From: a virus
DNA length: 64,000 bases
Reading direction: 5' to 3' (one strand)
Virus record (IMG/VR): IMGVR_UViG_3300042090_002485
Coordinates: 96,001-160,000 of that record
Position numbers and translations under genes: made by a program
Shown here: piece after piece, positions 19,515 to 28,557 of the stretch
Layout: every line of letters begins with the position of its first letter
How positions within the stretch are numbered: position 1 is the first letter of the stretch
The notes under the pieces: generated by a model
Databases searched by the model: none
What the model was told of the DNA's origin: nothing
The model's input: only the letters and a program-made list of their open reading frames with translations

Positions 19515-20173
19515 GGTACGTCATCGGCGTAGATGAGTCGGGCTGCGGCGCCCTTGTTGGGCCGCTCGTCGTGTGCGCAGCCGCGTTCGCCGAGGGAGCG
19601 GAGCGCGTCAGCGCGGCGTGGCATGGTGTCCGCGAGGACAAGATCTTGCTCGCTGGCGACTCCAAGGGATTCAAGCACGCTGAGCACCGCGCAGCGCTCG
19701 CCGAGGCGGTCCGCGCGGCGAGCCCGTCGCTCATCACCATCGAGCGTTCGAGCGCCGACATCGACCAGCACCTGCTCGGCGGCGTGTTCAGCGAAGCCCT
19801 CCAGCTCGCAGCACTGCGCTGCCTCGAGCGCCTGAAGACCCTTGACCCAAGCGTCACCAGCGGCGACATCACGGTGATGGTCGACGGCGACGTCCCGCAA
19901 CCAAACCTGCCGTGCGTCGTGCGCTGCATCCCCAATGGCGACAAGACCGACTGGCGCATCGGCGCCGCGTCGATCGTCGCGCGCGCGATCTGCGACCAAC
20001 GCATCGACGCGATTCACGCGGAGTACCCGCGCTGGGGCTTCGACAGGAGCAGAGGCTACCCAACACCCGAGCACAAGGCGCTGCTGCTCGAGCGCGGGCC
20101 GTTGCCCATCCACCGCAGGACGTTCAAGCCGGTGCGGGACGTGTTGCCGACGCCGATCGGGGTGGAAGAGTAG
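19511..20173 (+). CDS. rnhB: Ribonuclease HII
   Basis: IGVDESGCGALVGPLVVCAA, DSK, VDG, GDKTDWRIGAASIVAR, GYPTPEH, HRRTF. Confidence 0.93.
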   Translation: MRYVIGVDESGCGALVGPLVVCAAAFAEGAERVSAAWHGVREDKILLAGDSKGFKHAEHRAALAEAVRAASPSLITIERSSADIDQHLLGGVFSEALQLAALRCLERLKTLDPSVTSGDITVMVDGDVPQPNLPCVVRCIPNGDKTDWRIGAASIVARAICDQRIDAIHAEYPRWGFDRSRGYPTPEHKALLLERGPLPIHRRTFKPVRDVLPTPIGVEE

Positions 20174-20175
20174 CC

Positions 20176-20382
20176 GTGTCGCGTCGCATCACCGCAAAGG
20201 ACGAACGGGTTCGGATGATCGAGCAGATCGAGCGAATGCGCGCGCTGCTTGACGGCCTTGCCCTGACCGTCAACATGAACGTACCGTGTAGCGAGTCCGC
20301 GCAGGCGGTCGCCGATGCGAGCATCCGGCTCGTCGCTGCTGCCGCGCGTCACGACACCTACCAGCGTGTAGAGGAGCCGTAG
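20176..20382 (+). CDS. Hypothetical protein (68 aa)
   Basis: GTG start 2 nt after the rnhB stop; helical sequence. Confidence 0.6.
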   Translation: MSRRITAKDERVRMIEQIERMRALLDGLALTVNMNVPCSESAQAVADASIRLVAAAARHDTYQRVEEP

Positions 20383-20384
20383 CT

Positions 20385-20621
20385 ATGCCCGGTCTCGACA
20401 TCCTCAAGCAGCGCGTCTCGCACACTACCTGCGCGCGCTGTCGCAAGCCGTTCAAAGCCGGTGACCGCTGCCTGCCGGCTTACATCATCCTCAAGCCGAA
20501 CACGCGGAACCCGCAGACCAGGGAGCTGGCCGCGGAGATGTCCGGTGAGTTCGAGTTCGTCCACGCGTCGTGCGCGGACCCCTCGCTCGAGGGCATCACG
20601 TCGAGCATCATCACGTCGTGA
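20385..20621 (+). CDS. Small zinc-finger protein (CxxC...HxxC, 78 aa)
   Basis: CARCRKPF...FVHASC. Confidence 0.7.
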   Translation: MPGLDILKQRVSHTTCARCRKPFKAGDRCLPAYIILKPNTRNPQTRELAAEMSGEFEFVHASCADPSLEGITSSIITS

Positions 20622-21085
20622 CCAGCCCGAAGAAGCCTGGCATCGTCGATCCATGGCGCGTCGTCGACCCGATCGAGGCGCCCAAGCGTCCGCCGCCGAC
20701 GGGACTCGACCTCGACGCCGACCTGCGCGTGCCAGGACGTTACGTCATCCGGTCGGAGCACTGTAGCTTCGACGTCACCTCGCACAAGATCACCGAACCA
20801 GCCGACGCTGTCGATGTGTTGGTCGAGTGCCTGGCTGAGCTGCTAAAGCTCAGGATCATGGCTGCCGCGTTCGCGGCCGCGGGCATCGGTCTGCGAGTCG
20901 GAACGTGGGCGTGGAACGCCCCTGAAGGCGTCCGCGCTGCCAGCCTACACAACGAAAAGTCCACCGTGTGGTTCACCGGCAAGCCCTTCGCAGAAGGCAT
21001 GCTGGTGCTGGCGCGGCTGCTGCGTGAACCGGCATGCGCCCACGTCATGCGCCACTATGGCATCGTCGTCATGATCGCTGCGTAG
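20618..21085 (+). CDS. Hypothetical protein (155 aa)
   Basis: GTGA overlap with upstream gene; coding-like codon use. Confidence 0.65.
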   Translation: MTSPKKPGIVDPWRVVDPIEAPKRPPPTGLDLDADLRVPGRYVIRSEHCSFDVTSHKITEPADAVDVLVECLAELLKLRIMAAAFAAAGIGLRVGTWAWNAPEGVRAASLHNEKSTVWFTGKPFAEGMLVLARLLREPACAHVMRHYGIVVMIAA

Positions 21086-21098
21086 AGAGGAGTCAACC

Positions 21099-21401
21099 GT
21101 GGCTGAGAAACCCTGCAACCAGTGTCAGCACTACGACCCAATCATTCGAGGCAAGGACAAGCAAGGCAAGCACGGACGGTGCGCCGCCAAGTCGACCTAC
21201 CCCGCCACCGAGCAGAAGGGCCAGGTGTTCCCGCCCGGCGTCGCCCGCGCGCCGGACGGTGAACTGTGCAAGCCCGTCATCGTGATCGGAACGGAGATCG
21301 TCGCGACCTGCGACCTGTTCAAGATCAAGCCGACAGTCAAACCCATCCCCCGCGGCGCGCCCAAGCCCCTGCCGCCGAACCCGACCATCAGGAGGCGGTG
21401 A
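21099..21401 (+). CDS. Cys-rich hypothetical protein (100 aa)
   Basis: CNQCQHY...C...C...TCDLF; GAGGAG upstream. Confidence 0.7.
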   Translation: MAEKPCNQCQHYDPIIRGKDKQGKHGRCAAKSTYPATEQKGQVFPPGVARAPDGELCKPVIVIGTEIVATCDLFKIKPTVKPIPRGAPKPLPPNPTIRRR

Positions 21402-21715
21402 TGGCGAACCCCGAGAACAAGAAGTTCGCGGAAGGCGTCACGATGTCCGACGCTGCCCGTCAGGAAGTTCAGAAGCGCATCGACGCCCGCACTGCGAACG
21501 ATCACCTGCTCGAGGCTGCCAAGGAGGCCGAGGACTTGGTCCGCCTCATGGTCGGACGTTGGCAGGAGCGCGGGTTCACGTTCGAGCAGGGCACGTTTGC
21601 GCTCGCGCTTGCAACCATCAACTTCCGCGAGACCGCACCGGAGAAGAATGGCGGCAAAGAAGCGTTCGACCTCGTCGCGCACGAGGCCCACGTCTACTAC
21701 CACGCCAACAAGTAG
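21401..21715 (+). CDS. Hypothetical protein (104 aa)
   Basis: GGAGG RBS, TGATG overlap. Confidence 0.7.
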   Translation: MANPENKKFAEGVTMSDAARQEVQKRIDARTANDHLLEAAKEAEDLVRLMVGRWQERGFTFEQGTFALALATINFRETAPEKNGGKEAFDLVAHEAHVYYHANK

Positions 21716-21926
21716 CGGGCGGGTATACGGTACCGTCGTCGACGTCGAAGGCGTTCGCCATCACGCGTCAGCCATGTCTCACGCGGTTTTCGGCGGGGAC
21801 ACGATCACCTCGTGCAACCGGTATCTCAGCCTGCCGCCGCAACCCGGCGGCACGGTGACGTGCGTACGCTGCATCGCACGCACGCTGATCCCTGTGAAGG
21901 GGGAGGACATCCTCCGTGGCGACTAG
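21648..21926 (+). CDS. HCCC zinc-finger microprotein 1 (start uncertain)
   Basis: DVEGVRHH...SC...TVTCVRCIA. Confidence 0.6.
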   Translation: MAAKKRSTSSRTRPTSTTTPTSSGRVYGTVVDVEGVRHHASAMSHAVFGGDTITSCNRYLSLPPQPGGTVTCVRCIARTLIPVKGEDILRGD

Positions 21927-22194
21927 CAAGACCGACCCGGACGTCGCCTGGCGCGACGGCGATGCTGAGATCGGGATCGGTTGCGACGACCGCCCACGCA
22001 GCGAGATCATCCACTGGGTGCGTGCGATCGCTTACGGCACCTACGGCTGGTCGCTGAGCCTGGCCTGCGGGCCCGGCCAGGGCTACCGGAGCCGACTCGT
22101 TAAATGGCCGCAGTGGCTGACCCGCGCGCACGTCAACTGCGTGCAGTGCCTCGCAAGCGACCGCTTCGCGCGCTACGCCTACGCGACAAGTTGA
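21916..22194 (+). CDS. HCCC zinc-finger microprotein 2
   Basis: EIIHW...LAC...VNCVQCLA. Confidence 0.65.
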   Translation: MATSKTDPDVAWRDGDAEIGIGCDDRPRSEIIHWVRAIAYGTYGWSLSLACGPGQGYRSRLVKWPQWLTRAHVNCVQCLASDRFARYAYATS

Positions 22195-22219
22195 CGCGTT
22201 TTCACTAATCTTCTATGTT
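22191..22219 (+). promoter_or_regulatory. Sigma70-like promoter TTGACG-N17-TATGTT
   Basis: -35 at 22191-22196, -10 at 22214-22219, AT-rich spacer; same hexamers and spacing recur at 45285; followed by the variant element GTTGGTCTGACAAAC (22217-22231). Confidence 0.75.
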
Positions 22220-22251
22220 GGTCTGACAAACATCACAAGCAAGGAACCACC

Positions 22252-23217
22252 ATGTCTCTCAAGCTCATCAAGCCGACCACCGACGCGCAGCTAACCACGC
22301 ACACGACGACCGATACCCTCGAGGTCACCCCAGACGTCGTGCGGAGCTGGGAACTGCCGCCTTTCCAGCGCGACCTCAAGGTCACCGACCGCCTCATTGA
22401 CATCGCCAAGGAGATCAAGGCGAACTCCGGCGTCATCCCGGGCGTCATCACGCTCGGCGTGCTCGAAAACATCCGTTACAAGGTCGACGGGCAGCATCGC
22501 CTCGAGGCGTTCCTGCAATCGGAGTGTCTCGTCGGGTACTGCGACGTCCGCATCCTGTACTTCAAGACGATGGCCGAGATGGCCGCCGAGTACTACCGGC
22601 TGAACTCGCGCATCGTCAACATGAAGCCGGACGACTATCTCAAGGCGCTCGAGAGCGAGAACACAGCGCTCGCGAAGCTTCGCAAGCGGTGCCCGTTCAT
22701 CGGCTACGGCATGATCCGTCGCAACGACAAGGGTCCGATCTTGTCGATGTCTGCGGTTCTCCGTGGCTGGAACCTGGCGTCCAAGGACACCCCGAGCGGT
22801 GGCGGCTGCGCGACGACGGACATCGCCAAGACGCTTAGCGTCGACGACGTGGACCAGCTCGGCGCGTTCTTGACCGCGGCGATCACTGCGTGGGGGCGCG
22901 ACCGCGAGTACATGCGCCTGTGGGGCGGGCTCAACCTGACCCTGTGTATGTGGCTCTACCGCCGCCTCGTGATCGAGCAATACTCGACCAAGACGCCGAA
23001 GCTCACCAACGAGCAGTTCGGCAAGTGTCTGATGGCGGTGTCGGCGGACTCGCTGTACCTGAACTACTTGCAGGGGCGCCAGCTCTCGCACGAACATCGC
23101 AGCCCGACGTACAACAAGCTCAAGCAGATCTTCGCAGGTCGGATCGAGGTTGACACGGGGAAGAAGCCGCAGCTTCCGCAGCCGTCGTGGACGTCGTCGA
23201 TGCGTGGTCACCGGTAG
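22252..23217 (+). CDS. DGQHR-domain (ParB/DndB superfamily) protein (321 aa)
   Basis: PPFQR...IPGVITLG...VDGQHRLEAF; AAGGA RBS. Confidence 0.82.
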   Translation: MSLKLIKPTTDAQLTTHTTTDTLEVTPDVVRSWELPPFQRDLKVTDRLIDIAKEIKANSGVIPGVITLGVLENIRYKVDGQHRLEAFLQSECLVGYCDVRILYFKTMAEMAAEYYRLNSRIVNMKPDDYLKALESENTALAKLRKRCPFIGYGMIRRNDKGPILSMSAVLRGWNLASKDTPSGGGCATTDIAKTLSVDDVDQLGAFLTAAITAWGRDREYMRLWGGLNLTLCMWLYRRLVIEQYSTKTPKLTNEQFGKCLMAVSADSLYLNYLQGRQLSHEHRSPTYNKLKQIFAGRIEVDTGKKPQLPQPSWTSSMRGHR

Positions 23218-23244
23218 GCGAGGCGACGAACTCTGTCGCGCCTA
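23215..23244. terminator. Possible bidirectional hairpin between convergent genes
   Basis: GCGAC/GTCGC inner stem (7-nt loop) plus TAGGC/GCCTA outer stem containing both stop codons; no U-tract. Confidence 0.3.
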
Positions 23245-24018
23245 TTCGTGGCGCATTCGAAACGACTCGTATTGCTCGACCACGCGAGCGCGGAGCACCT
23301 CGAGCGTGGCGTCGTTCATGATGACGGCGTCGAACTCCGTGTCCGGGATGGTGTCCATCTCGGTTTCCGACTGGTGCTTGGCAAGTCCGGTCTGTCGGTT
23401 GTCGTACTCGGGACGACGCACGCGCCAGACCTCACCACCCGCTGCCTTGATCGCGGTCATCTCGCTCTTGAACCGGCAGTCGGTGATGGCGACGAAGAAG
23501 CAGCCCGGCGTGATCGTCGACGGCACGCTACCGTCAGTCGAGCCCAAGCCCATCGGCGTCATCAGACGCGTGATGGCCTTGAACGCGTGGCGCACCCACA
23601 CGTTTGCGTCGACCGCACGACCGAACTCGGTGCCAGCGAACTGGCAGATCTCGCGCCATTCCCAGAACGTCGAGAACGACTTGGTCTCGCCGAGCGCGTT
23701 GCATGACAGGCACTGGGTCTGACCGTCCCGCCCCGGCGACGCAACCTCGCACTTGATGGACTGGCACGCCGGACACTTGAGCAACGGGAAGCTCGTCTTC
23801 GACTTCTTGCCCTCCTCGGTGTAGAGCTGCTCATGTGTGGCGCCGAACAGGTCGGCGACCGCCATCTTGAGCTTGTCGGCGAAGGCGACGAGCCCGCCAC
23901 GCGGATCATGCGCAATGAGCATCTCGCCGACGGTGTCCTTGCCGCTCTTGCTCTTGCCCATGATGCCGATGACACGCTTCGGTTGCACGTCGTGGGTCTT
24001 TTCGGTGTTGCTGTTCAC
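23242..24018 (-). CDS. Deoxynucleoside monophosphate kinase (T4 gp1-like) with zinc-ribbon insertion
   Basis: IGIMGKSKSGKDT, AFADKLK, REICQFAGTEFGR...NVWV, ITDCRFKSE, HQSE; insert CPAC...CLSC; GTG start overlapping the upstream TGA. Confidence 0.88.
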   Translation of the reverse strand: MNSNTEKTHDVQPKRVIGIMGKSKSGKDTVGEMLIAHDPRGGLVAFADKLKMAVADLFGATHEQLYTEEGKKSKTSFPLLKCPACQSIKCEVASPGRDGQTQCLSCNALGETKSFSTFWEWREICQFAGTEFGRAVDANVWVRHAFKAITRLMTPMGLGSTDGSVPSTITPGCFFVAITDCRFKSEMTAIKAAGGEVWRVRRPEYDNRQTGLAKHQSETEMDTIPDTEFDAVIMNDATLEVLRARVVEQYESFRMRHE

Positions 24019-24425
24019 AGAACCTCCAAGTCTTCGATGTACATGACGCGCGTGGGCCAGAACGGCTGCGCGCCGACTCTCATCCCGCAGTCGTCGTCGT
24101 AGAGGTCGACGAACTGACGGACCAGCGTGAGGTGTTCGTCGTCGATGCGCCAGGCTGGACGCGGCGAACCAGACCAGAAGGCGTCGTACTCCGCCCGCCC
24201 GCACGCTTCGCCATCAAACACGATCGCCCGGACCTGCGGGTTGGCAAGGATGTCGCGTACGACGTCCCGCACGAACTTCGCCGAGTCGCCAACGGCCGCG
24301 CAGGCGCGGCCTTTCCACCGCTCAAGGACGCCCGGCCAACGCGGGCTGAGCGGGCAGCTGACGACCAAAATCTGACCCTTAGGCTCGAGGGGCGTGTAGT
24401 CCACCTTCGAGACGGGTCTCCACAT
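24015..24425 (-). CDS. MtrA-like domain protein (136 aa, tentative)
   Basis: VRDVVRDILANPQVRAIVFDG recalls the IxNxxSNPNIRFLILCG motif of MtrA-like domains. Confidence 0.4.
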   Translation of the reverse strand: MWRPVSKVDYTPLEPKGQILVVSCPLSPRWPGVLERWKGRACAAVGDSAKFVRDVVRDILANPQVRAIVFDGEACGRAEYDAFWSGSPRPAWRIDDEHLTLVRQFVDLYDDDCGMRVGAQPFWPTRVMYIEDLEVL

Positions 24426-24431
24426 CCCTAT

Positions 24432-24446
24432 GTTTTTGGCATAAGC
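24432..24446 (+). promoter_or_regulatory. GTT-N6-ATAAGC element
   Basis: TATGTT then GTTTTTGGCATAAGC, 20 nt upstream of the GHKL ATPase ATG. Confidence 0.55.
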
Positions 24447-24466
24447 ATCCGAAGGAACGCAACCTC

Positions 24467-25741
24467 ATGGCTAAGATCTCGCTCACTATCGACAAGAACT
24501 ACGCCGCGGACTGGAAGGTCTTCGCCGGCATCCGCGAGCTGTTGGCGAACGCCAAGGACGCCGACGAGGACGGGTTCAAGATGACCGTCCAGCACTTCCC
24601 CAAGACCGATCGCCTCGAGATCACCAGCGCAGGCATCTACGTCGACCCCGCCAAGCTCCTGATCTTGGGCAAGTCGGACAAGGGTGATGGGCGCCACCGC
24701 GGGCGGTTCGGTGAAGGCTTCATCATCGGAACCTTGGCGCTCGAGCGCGAAGGCTTGCCGGTGAGCTTCCGCAACGGTGATGCATCGTGGACCATCTCAT
24801 TCGAGGAGCCTGACGCAGGCCATCCGCTAGCAGGAAACTCGCTGATGACCTTCCGTTCGCGCAAGCTGTCGGTGCGGGAGGCCGACTTCGTCGTCACGGT
24901 CGGCAACATGCCCACCATCGTCTGGGACACGCTCAAGAAGCTGTTCTTGTTCATCGAGGAACCACCAGTGGACAGCGTGATCAGGGTTGACGGCTGCCGC
25001 GTACTACTCGAGGAGGAACGCAAGGGTCAGGTGTTTTCGCGCGGCGTGTTCGTGCGCAAGTTCGACGACTTGACGTGCGGCTACGACCTCGACAACCTGC
25101 CACTCGACCGCGATCGCCGGTTCGTCGACGAATGGGACCTGCACCACAAGCTCGGCGCCGCTTGGAAAACGGCCTGCGATGCCAATCCCGAGTTCGCTGC
25201 GCCCCGCATCTACAACATGGCGAAGACCGGCGGCGCTGAGGCGCAGCACTTCAAGTGGCACGCCGACGAAAAGCTGCTCAAGAACGTGCGTGAGCGGTTC
25301 ACCGGGGAGCACGGCAACGATGCTGTGCCGGTGGCAACGATGACCCAGGCCCGCGAGGTCGAGGCCGTCGGTGGCAAGCCGGCGATGGTCAGTGAGGTGC
25401 TGCGCGAGCTGCTCGAGAAAAGCGGGCTGTCTGCTGAGGGAGCGAAGAAAGCACTCGAAGGTCAGGTTGAGCAGCGGCATCTACCCTCGGACCTGACGGA
25501 CGTGGAGCGTGTCGTCGTCGATCACCTCGGCAACGTCGTCAAAGACATCGCCGTCGTGACGTTCAAGGGCGAGAAGGCGGCGTGCCGGTTGATCGACGGC
25601 GACAAGGTGGTCGGTGTCGACCGTAGAGCATTGCTCGGGTCCTACAAGACCCTGCTTCGCCAGGTGGTCGCAGCCGAGGCCAAGCGGCGCTCGGTCGAGC
25701 CGTTCGACCTGCTGTTGGAACACCTAGCCCAGCCGCTATAG
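24467..25741 (+). CDS. GHKL (HATPase_c/Hsp90-like) ATPase domain protein (424 aa)
   Basis: IRELLANAKDA (N box), LLILGKSDK...GRFGEGF (G boxes). Confidence 0.85.
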   Translation: MAKISLTIDKNYAADWKVFAGIRELLANAKDADEDGFKMTVQHFPKTDRLEITSAGIYVDPAKLLILGKSDKGDGRHRGRFGEGFIIGTLALEREGLPVSFRNGDASWTISFEEPDAGHPLAGNSLMTFRSRKLSVREADFVVTVGNMPTIVWDTLKKLFLFIEEPPVDSVIRVDGCRVLLEEERKGQVFSRGVFVRKFDDLTCGYDLDNLPLDRDRRFVDEWDLHHKLGAAWKTACDANPEFAAPRIYNMAKTGGAEAQHFKWHADEKLLKNVRERFTGEHGNDAVPVATMTQAREVEAVGGKPAMVSEVLRELLEKSGLSAEGAKKALEGQVEQRHLPSDLTDVERVVVDHLGNVVKDIAVVTFKGEKAACRLIDGDKVVGVDRRALLGSYKTLLRQVVAAEAKRRSVEPFDLLLEHLAQPL

Positions 25742-25755
25742 GCTGAGACGCAACA

Positions 25756-26127
25756 ATGCCCCGACGTCCTGAACTTGCCTGCCACCGCTGCGGCAACGAG
25801 GAAGACCTAGGACCTTGGCAAGACGGGTACTGGTACTGTCGCCCGTGCATGACGTGTCCGCACGTGCACTGGTGCAGCAGCGTGGCCGATGTATGCCTGA
25901 CCTGCGTGCGCGAGCTGCACACGGTGGTAGCCCCGTCTGGCCCGCGCATCACGGACCTGGAGACCTACGTGATCTGCGCGAGAGACGAGTACGACGTCGA
26001 CATCCACGAACTCAGGCTGTGGAGCTACGAAGAGGAAGGAGAGCTGCAGCGGCACGCGATGGTGTTGCTGATGTGTCCGCGAGTCATACAGGACCGCCCG
26101 GCCCCGCCACATCACCGGCTGGACTGA
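25756..26127 (+). CDS. Cys-rich hypothetical protein (123 aa)
   Basis: CHRCG...YCRPCMTC..HWC...CLTC; 3' end overlaps the ThyX-like gene by 44 nt. Confidence 0.6.
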   Translation: MPRRPELACHRCGNEEDLGPWQDGYWYCRPCMTCPHVHWCSSVADVCLTCVRELHTVVAPSGPRITDLETYVICARDEYDVDIHELRLWSYEEEGELQRHAMVLLMCPRVIQDRPAPPHHRLD

Positions 26128-27502
26128 CCGCCGCGCGCGCCTGGATGGTCTGCATCCCGCGCCGCACGGTCCAATCGTCATCGTCGGTGTCGGCGTGCAG
26201 TGCGATGTCCGGGTAGCGGCCACGGAACCATTCAGCCATCCGCAGCATCTTCTTGCGCAACGTCGGATGCACCGTCTTGCTGGTGCGCAGCTCGAGCACG
26301 TAGAGTAGCGCCGGCAGCGCGTACGTCAGATCGCACTGAACACGGAACCCGATGGGCACATAGTACTGCCGGAGCACTGGGTTGTTCGTGATCGCGTCGA
26401 GGCGGTTCTTCAGGCCGTAGACCAGATGGGTCGCCTCGGTGCGCAGACTGTCGTCGAGCTGCTCGAGGTACCAAGACTCGAACCCGTGCTCGGTCGTCAG
26501 CAGCGGCATCCGACACACGCCATTGCGCTGGCGCTGGATATCGCGGAACGAACCGAAATCGAGCATGAAGCTGAACCGCATCTGGCCGAAGTCGGTCATC
26601 CAGTGCGGCAGCACGCAGCCACGCGGACGCGTCGCGAGTACGCGTCCCCACGCCGCTGCGTCGAGCGAAAGCGTGCCGGTCGCGTGCAAGTCCAGGTACG
26701 TTTGCGGTCGGTCGACCTCGCGCGGGTACGCAAACGCCTCGGCGGTCGACGCCTCCCATGCAGCGCGCTCGGCCGCCCCGTCGCTCAGCGCGATGCCACT
26801 GACGCCCGCTCCGCCCTTGCCGAACCCGCTCGACGGGTAGCACGCGGCGAGGATGGTCTCGAGCCCTGCGGCGACCTCGGCGATCTCGGCTGACGGGTGC
26901 CGCGCGAGCCGCTGCAGATGGTCCCCTGCCTGGCGCAGGTTCGTGTGCCAGCTCAGCTGTGTCGAGATCCCCGCCGGCAGGAACCCGCGCATGATGTCGA
27001 ACGAGCGCGCAGCCACTGCGCGCTGGTAGGCGGCGTCGTTCTCTCCTTCACGCTTGGGGTGGCGCTCGGCGACGAGTCCGCGCACATGCTCCAGGTTGTT
27101 GGAGTAGAAGCGCATCAAGTCGGCGTGGATGGCGGCGGACTCCGTGCTGCCGATCGGATCGATGATGGCGCGTTTCGACATGTCGAGGTAACGCGTTGAC
27201 GTCTCCTGGCCGCTGTAGAGCGGATTATCCTGGACCGCCTTCGCCGCGAGCAGGCTGACACCCTCGATGAACGTCGTCGTGCTGCCGCAGTCGCCGATGC
27301 TCTTGTGGCCGTAGCCGACGTAGTGGCTCGCCATGAACTTACCCGAGCCCTGCGCCTTCACCTTCTCCAGGTGAATGGTGACGCTGTCGCCGCTGCGGCT
27401 GTAGAGCGCCTGCAGCATGGCTGCGTCCTCGGGGTGGAGGCCGTCCACCGCATACAAATTCGCGCCGCTCTTCGTCGTCCGCTCTTCAATCGTTGTTGTC
27501 AC
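26084..27502 (-). CDS. thyX: Flavin-dependent thymidylate synthase-like protein, double-domain ThyX form (472 aa)
   Basis: YVGYGHKSIGDC, QETSTRYLD, FDIMRGFLPAG...TNLRQ, second domain DFGSFRDIQRQR...LELRT; GTG start with GGAGG RBS. Confidence 0.85.
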   Translation of the reverse strand: MTTTIEERTTKSGANLYAVDGLHPEDAAMLQALYSRSGDSVTIHLEKVKAQGSGKFMASHYVGYGHKSIGDCGSTTTFIEGVSLLAAKAVQDNPLYSGQETSTRYLDMSKRAIIDPIGSTESAAIHADLMRFYSNNLEHVRGLVAERHPKREGENDAAYQRAVAARSFDIMRGFLPAGISTQLSWHTNLRQAGDHLQRLARHPSAEIAEVAAGLETILAACYPSSGFGKGGAGVSGIALSDGAAERAAWEASTAEAFAYPREVDRPQTYLDLHATGTLSLDAAAWGRVLATRPRGCVLPHWMTDFGQMRFSFMLDFGSFRDIQRQRNGVCRMPLLTTEHGFESWYLEQLDDSLRTEATHLVYGLKNRLDAITNNPVLRQYYVPIGFRVQCDLTYALPALLYVLELRTSKTVHPTLRKKMLRMAEWFRGRYPDIALHADTDDDDWTVRRGMQTIQARAAVSPAGDVAGPGGPV

Positions 27503-27526
27503 GCGCTCCTCCTGGAGGTTTATGGT

Positions 27527-28108
27527 ATGAGCAAGCAACCTATGCTCCCCGAAGACGTCGAGCAAGCCGTTCTTGCGGCGAAGTGGGGAGATGCCGAAGC
27601 CGACGCCACCGAGGCGATCGCCAAGATGCTCGACGCGCCGCGCGAGCTGGTCGTGCGGGTGCACGCGGCCTACGCAATCGCGGCGAACCTGCGCATGACC
27701 CTCGTCGAGCCCGCCGACGAGGAGGTTCCCGAGGATGTACAGAACGCCATGGCTGCGCACCTTCGGCGCGCACTCACCCGTGTGCGGGTACGCCAGGCCA
27801 TTCGCGATGGCGACGTCGTGTGGATCTCCGTCAACAAGCTGATCAAGAACCCCGCGCACGTGTGTCGTGGATGCGTACACTCGGTGCGATGCATCGCCGA
27901 GTTGTTGTCGACGGCCGAGAAGTGCTTCGCGCAAGGGCCGCCGCACGTGATCGAGGAACACCCCGTCGTAGGGCTACGACTCGTACGCCCCGGGAAGGCG
28001 AGCGTCGCTGCGGCCCCTGTGAAGATCCGCGGTGACACGGTCACGGTTACCTGCCTCCACCCCGTGGGCACCTACACCATCGACGTCGGAGACATCCACT
28101 CGTCATGA
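27527..28108 (+). CDS. Hypothetical protein (193 aa)
   Basis: ATG with GGAGG RBS; CRGC..S..C motif; divergent from the ThyX-like gene with 24 nt between starts. Confidence 0.75.
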   Translation: MSKQPMLPEDVEQAVLAAKWGDAEADATEAIAKMLDAPRELVVRVHAAYAIAANLRMTLVEPADEEVPEDVQNAMAAHLRRALTRVRVRQAIRDGDVVWISVNKLIKNPAHVCRGCVHSVRCIAELLSTAEKCFAQGPPHVIEEHPVVGLRLVRPGKASVAAAPVKIRGDTVTVTCLHPVGTYTIDVGDIHSS

Positions 28109-28557
28109 ACAAGCTCGGTTGGCTCATCCAAGAAGCCCTCGCTGCCCGCGTCCAGGACGTCGAGGCGTCGGCCGTCAACTGCGGCACCTGTCCGGTCAGC
28201 GTTCACTGCATGGCCAAGGCCACGGTGACGCAGGCGTGGGAGTACGCCTGCTGCAAGTCGCTCGTGCTCGAGCACGAGACCCTCGACGGCATGGGCATCT
28301 TCCTCATCCTCGACTGCGCGCGGCGCGACTTCGTGGTGCAGGCTACCCGCAAGCACCACAAGTGCACACTATGCTCGAGCGGCGCGCTCAATAGCGAACT
28401 GCGCGGCTGGACCGCCCAGCACCGCTGGCTGCCGACGGTCTACGCCGACCCATTACCACGAATACGTCTCGCGGCGTGGCGCACTGCTCTGCCGTCCATT
28501 CGCGAACGCATCAAGCGTGACGCGGAGATCAAAGCTCGTGGTAGCGTGAAACCGTGA
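28105..28557 (+). CDS. Cys-rich hypothetical protein (150 aa)
   Basis: CGTCPVSVHC...CC...C...CTLC; ATGA overlap. Confidence 0.7.
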   Translation: MNKLGWLIQEALAARVQDVEASAVNCGTCPVSVHCMAKATVTQAWEYACCKSLVLEHETLDGMGIFLILDCARRDFVVQATRKHHKCTLCSSGALNSELRGWTAQHRWLPTVYADPLPRIRLAAWRTALPSIRERIKRDAEIKARGSVKP

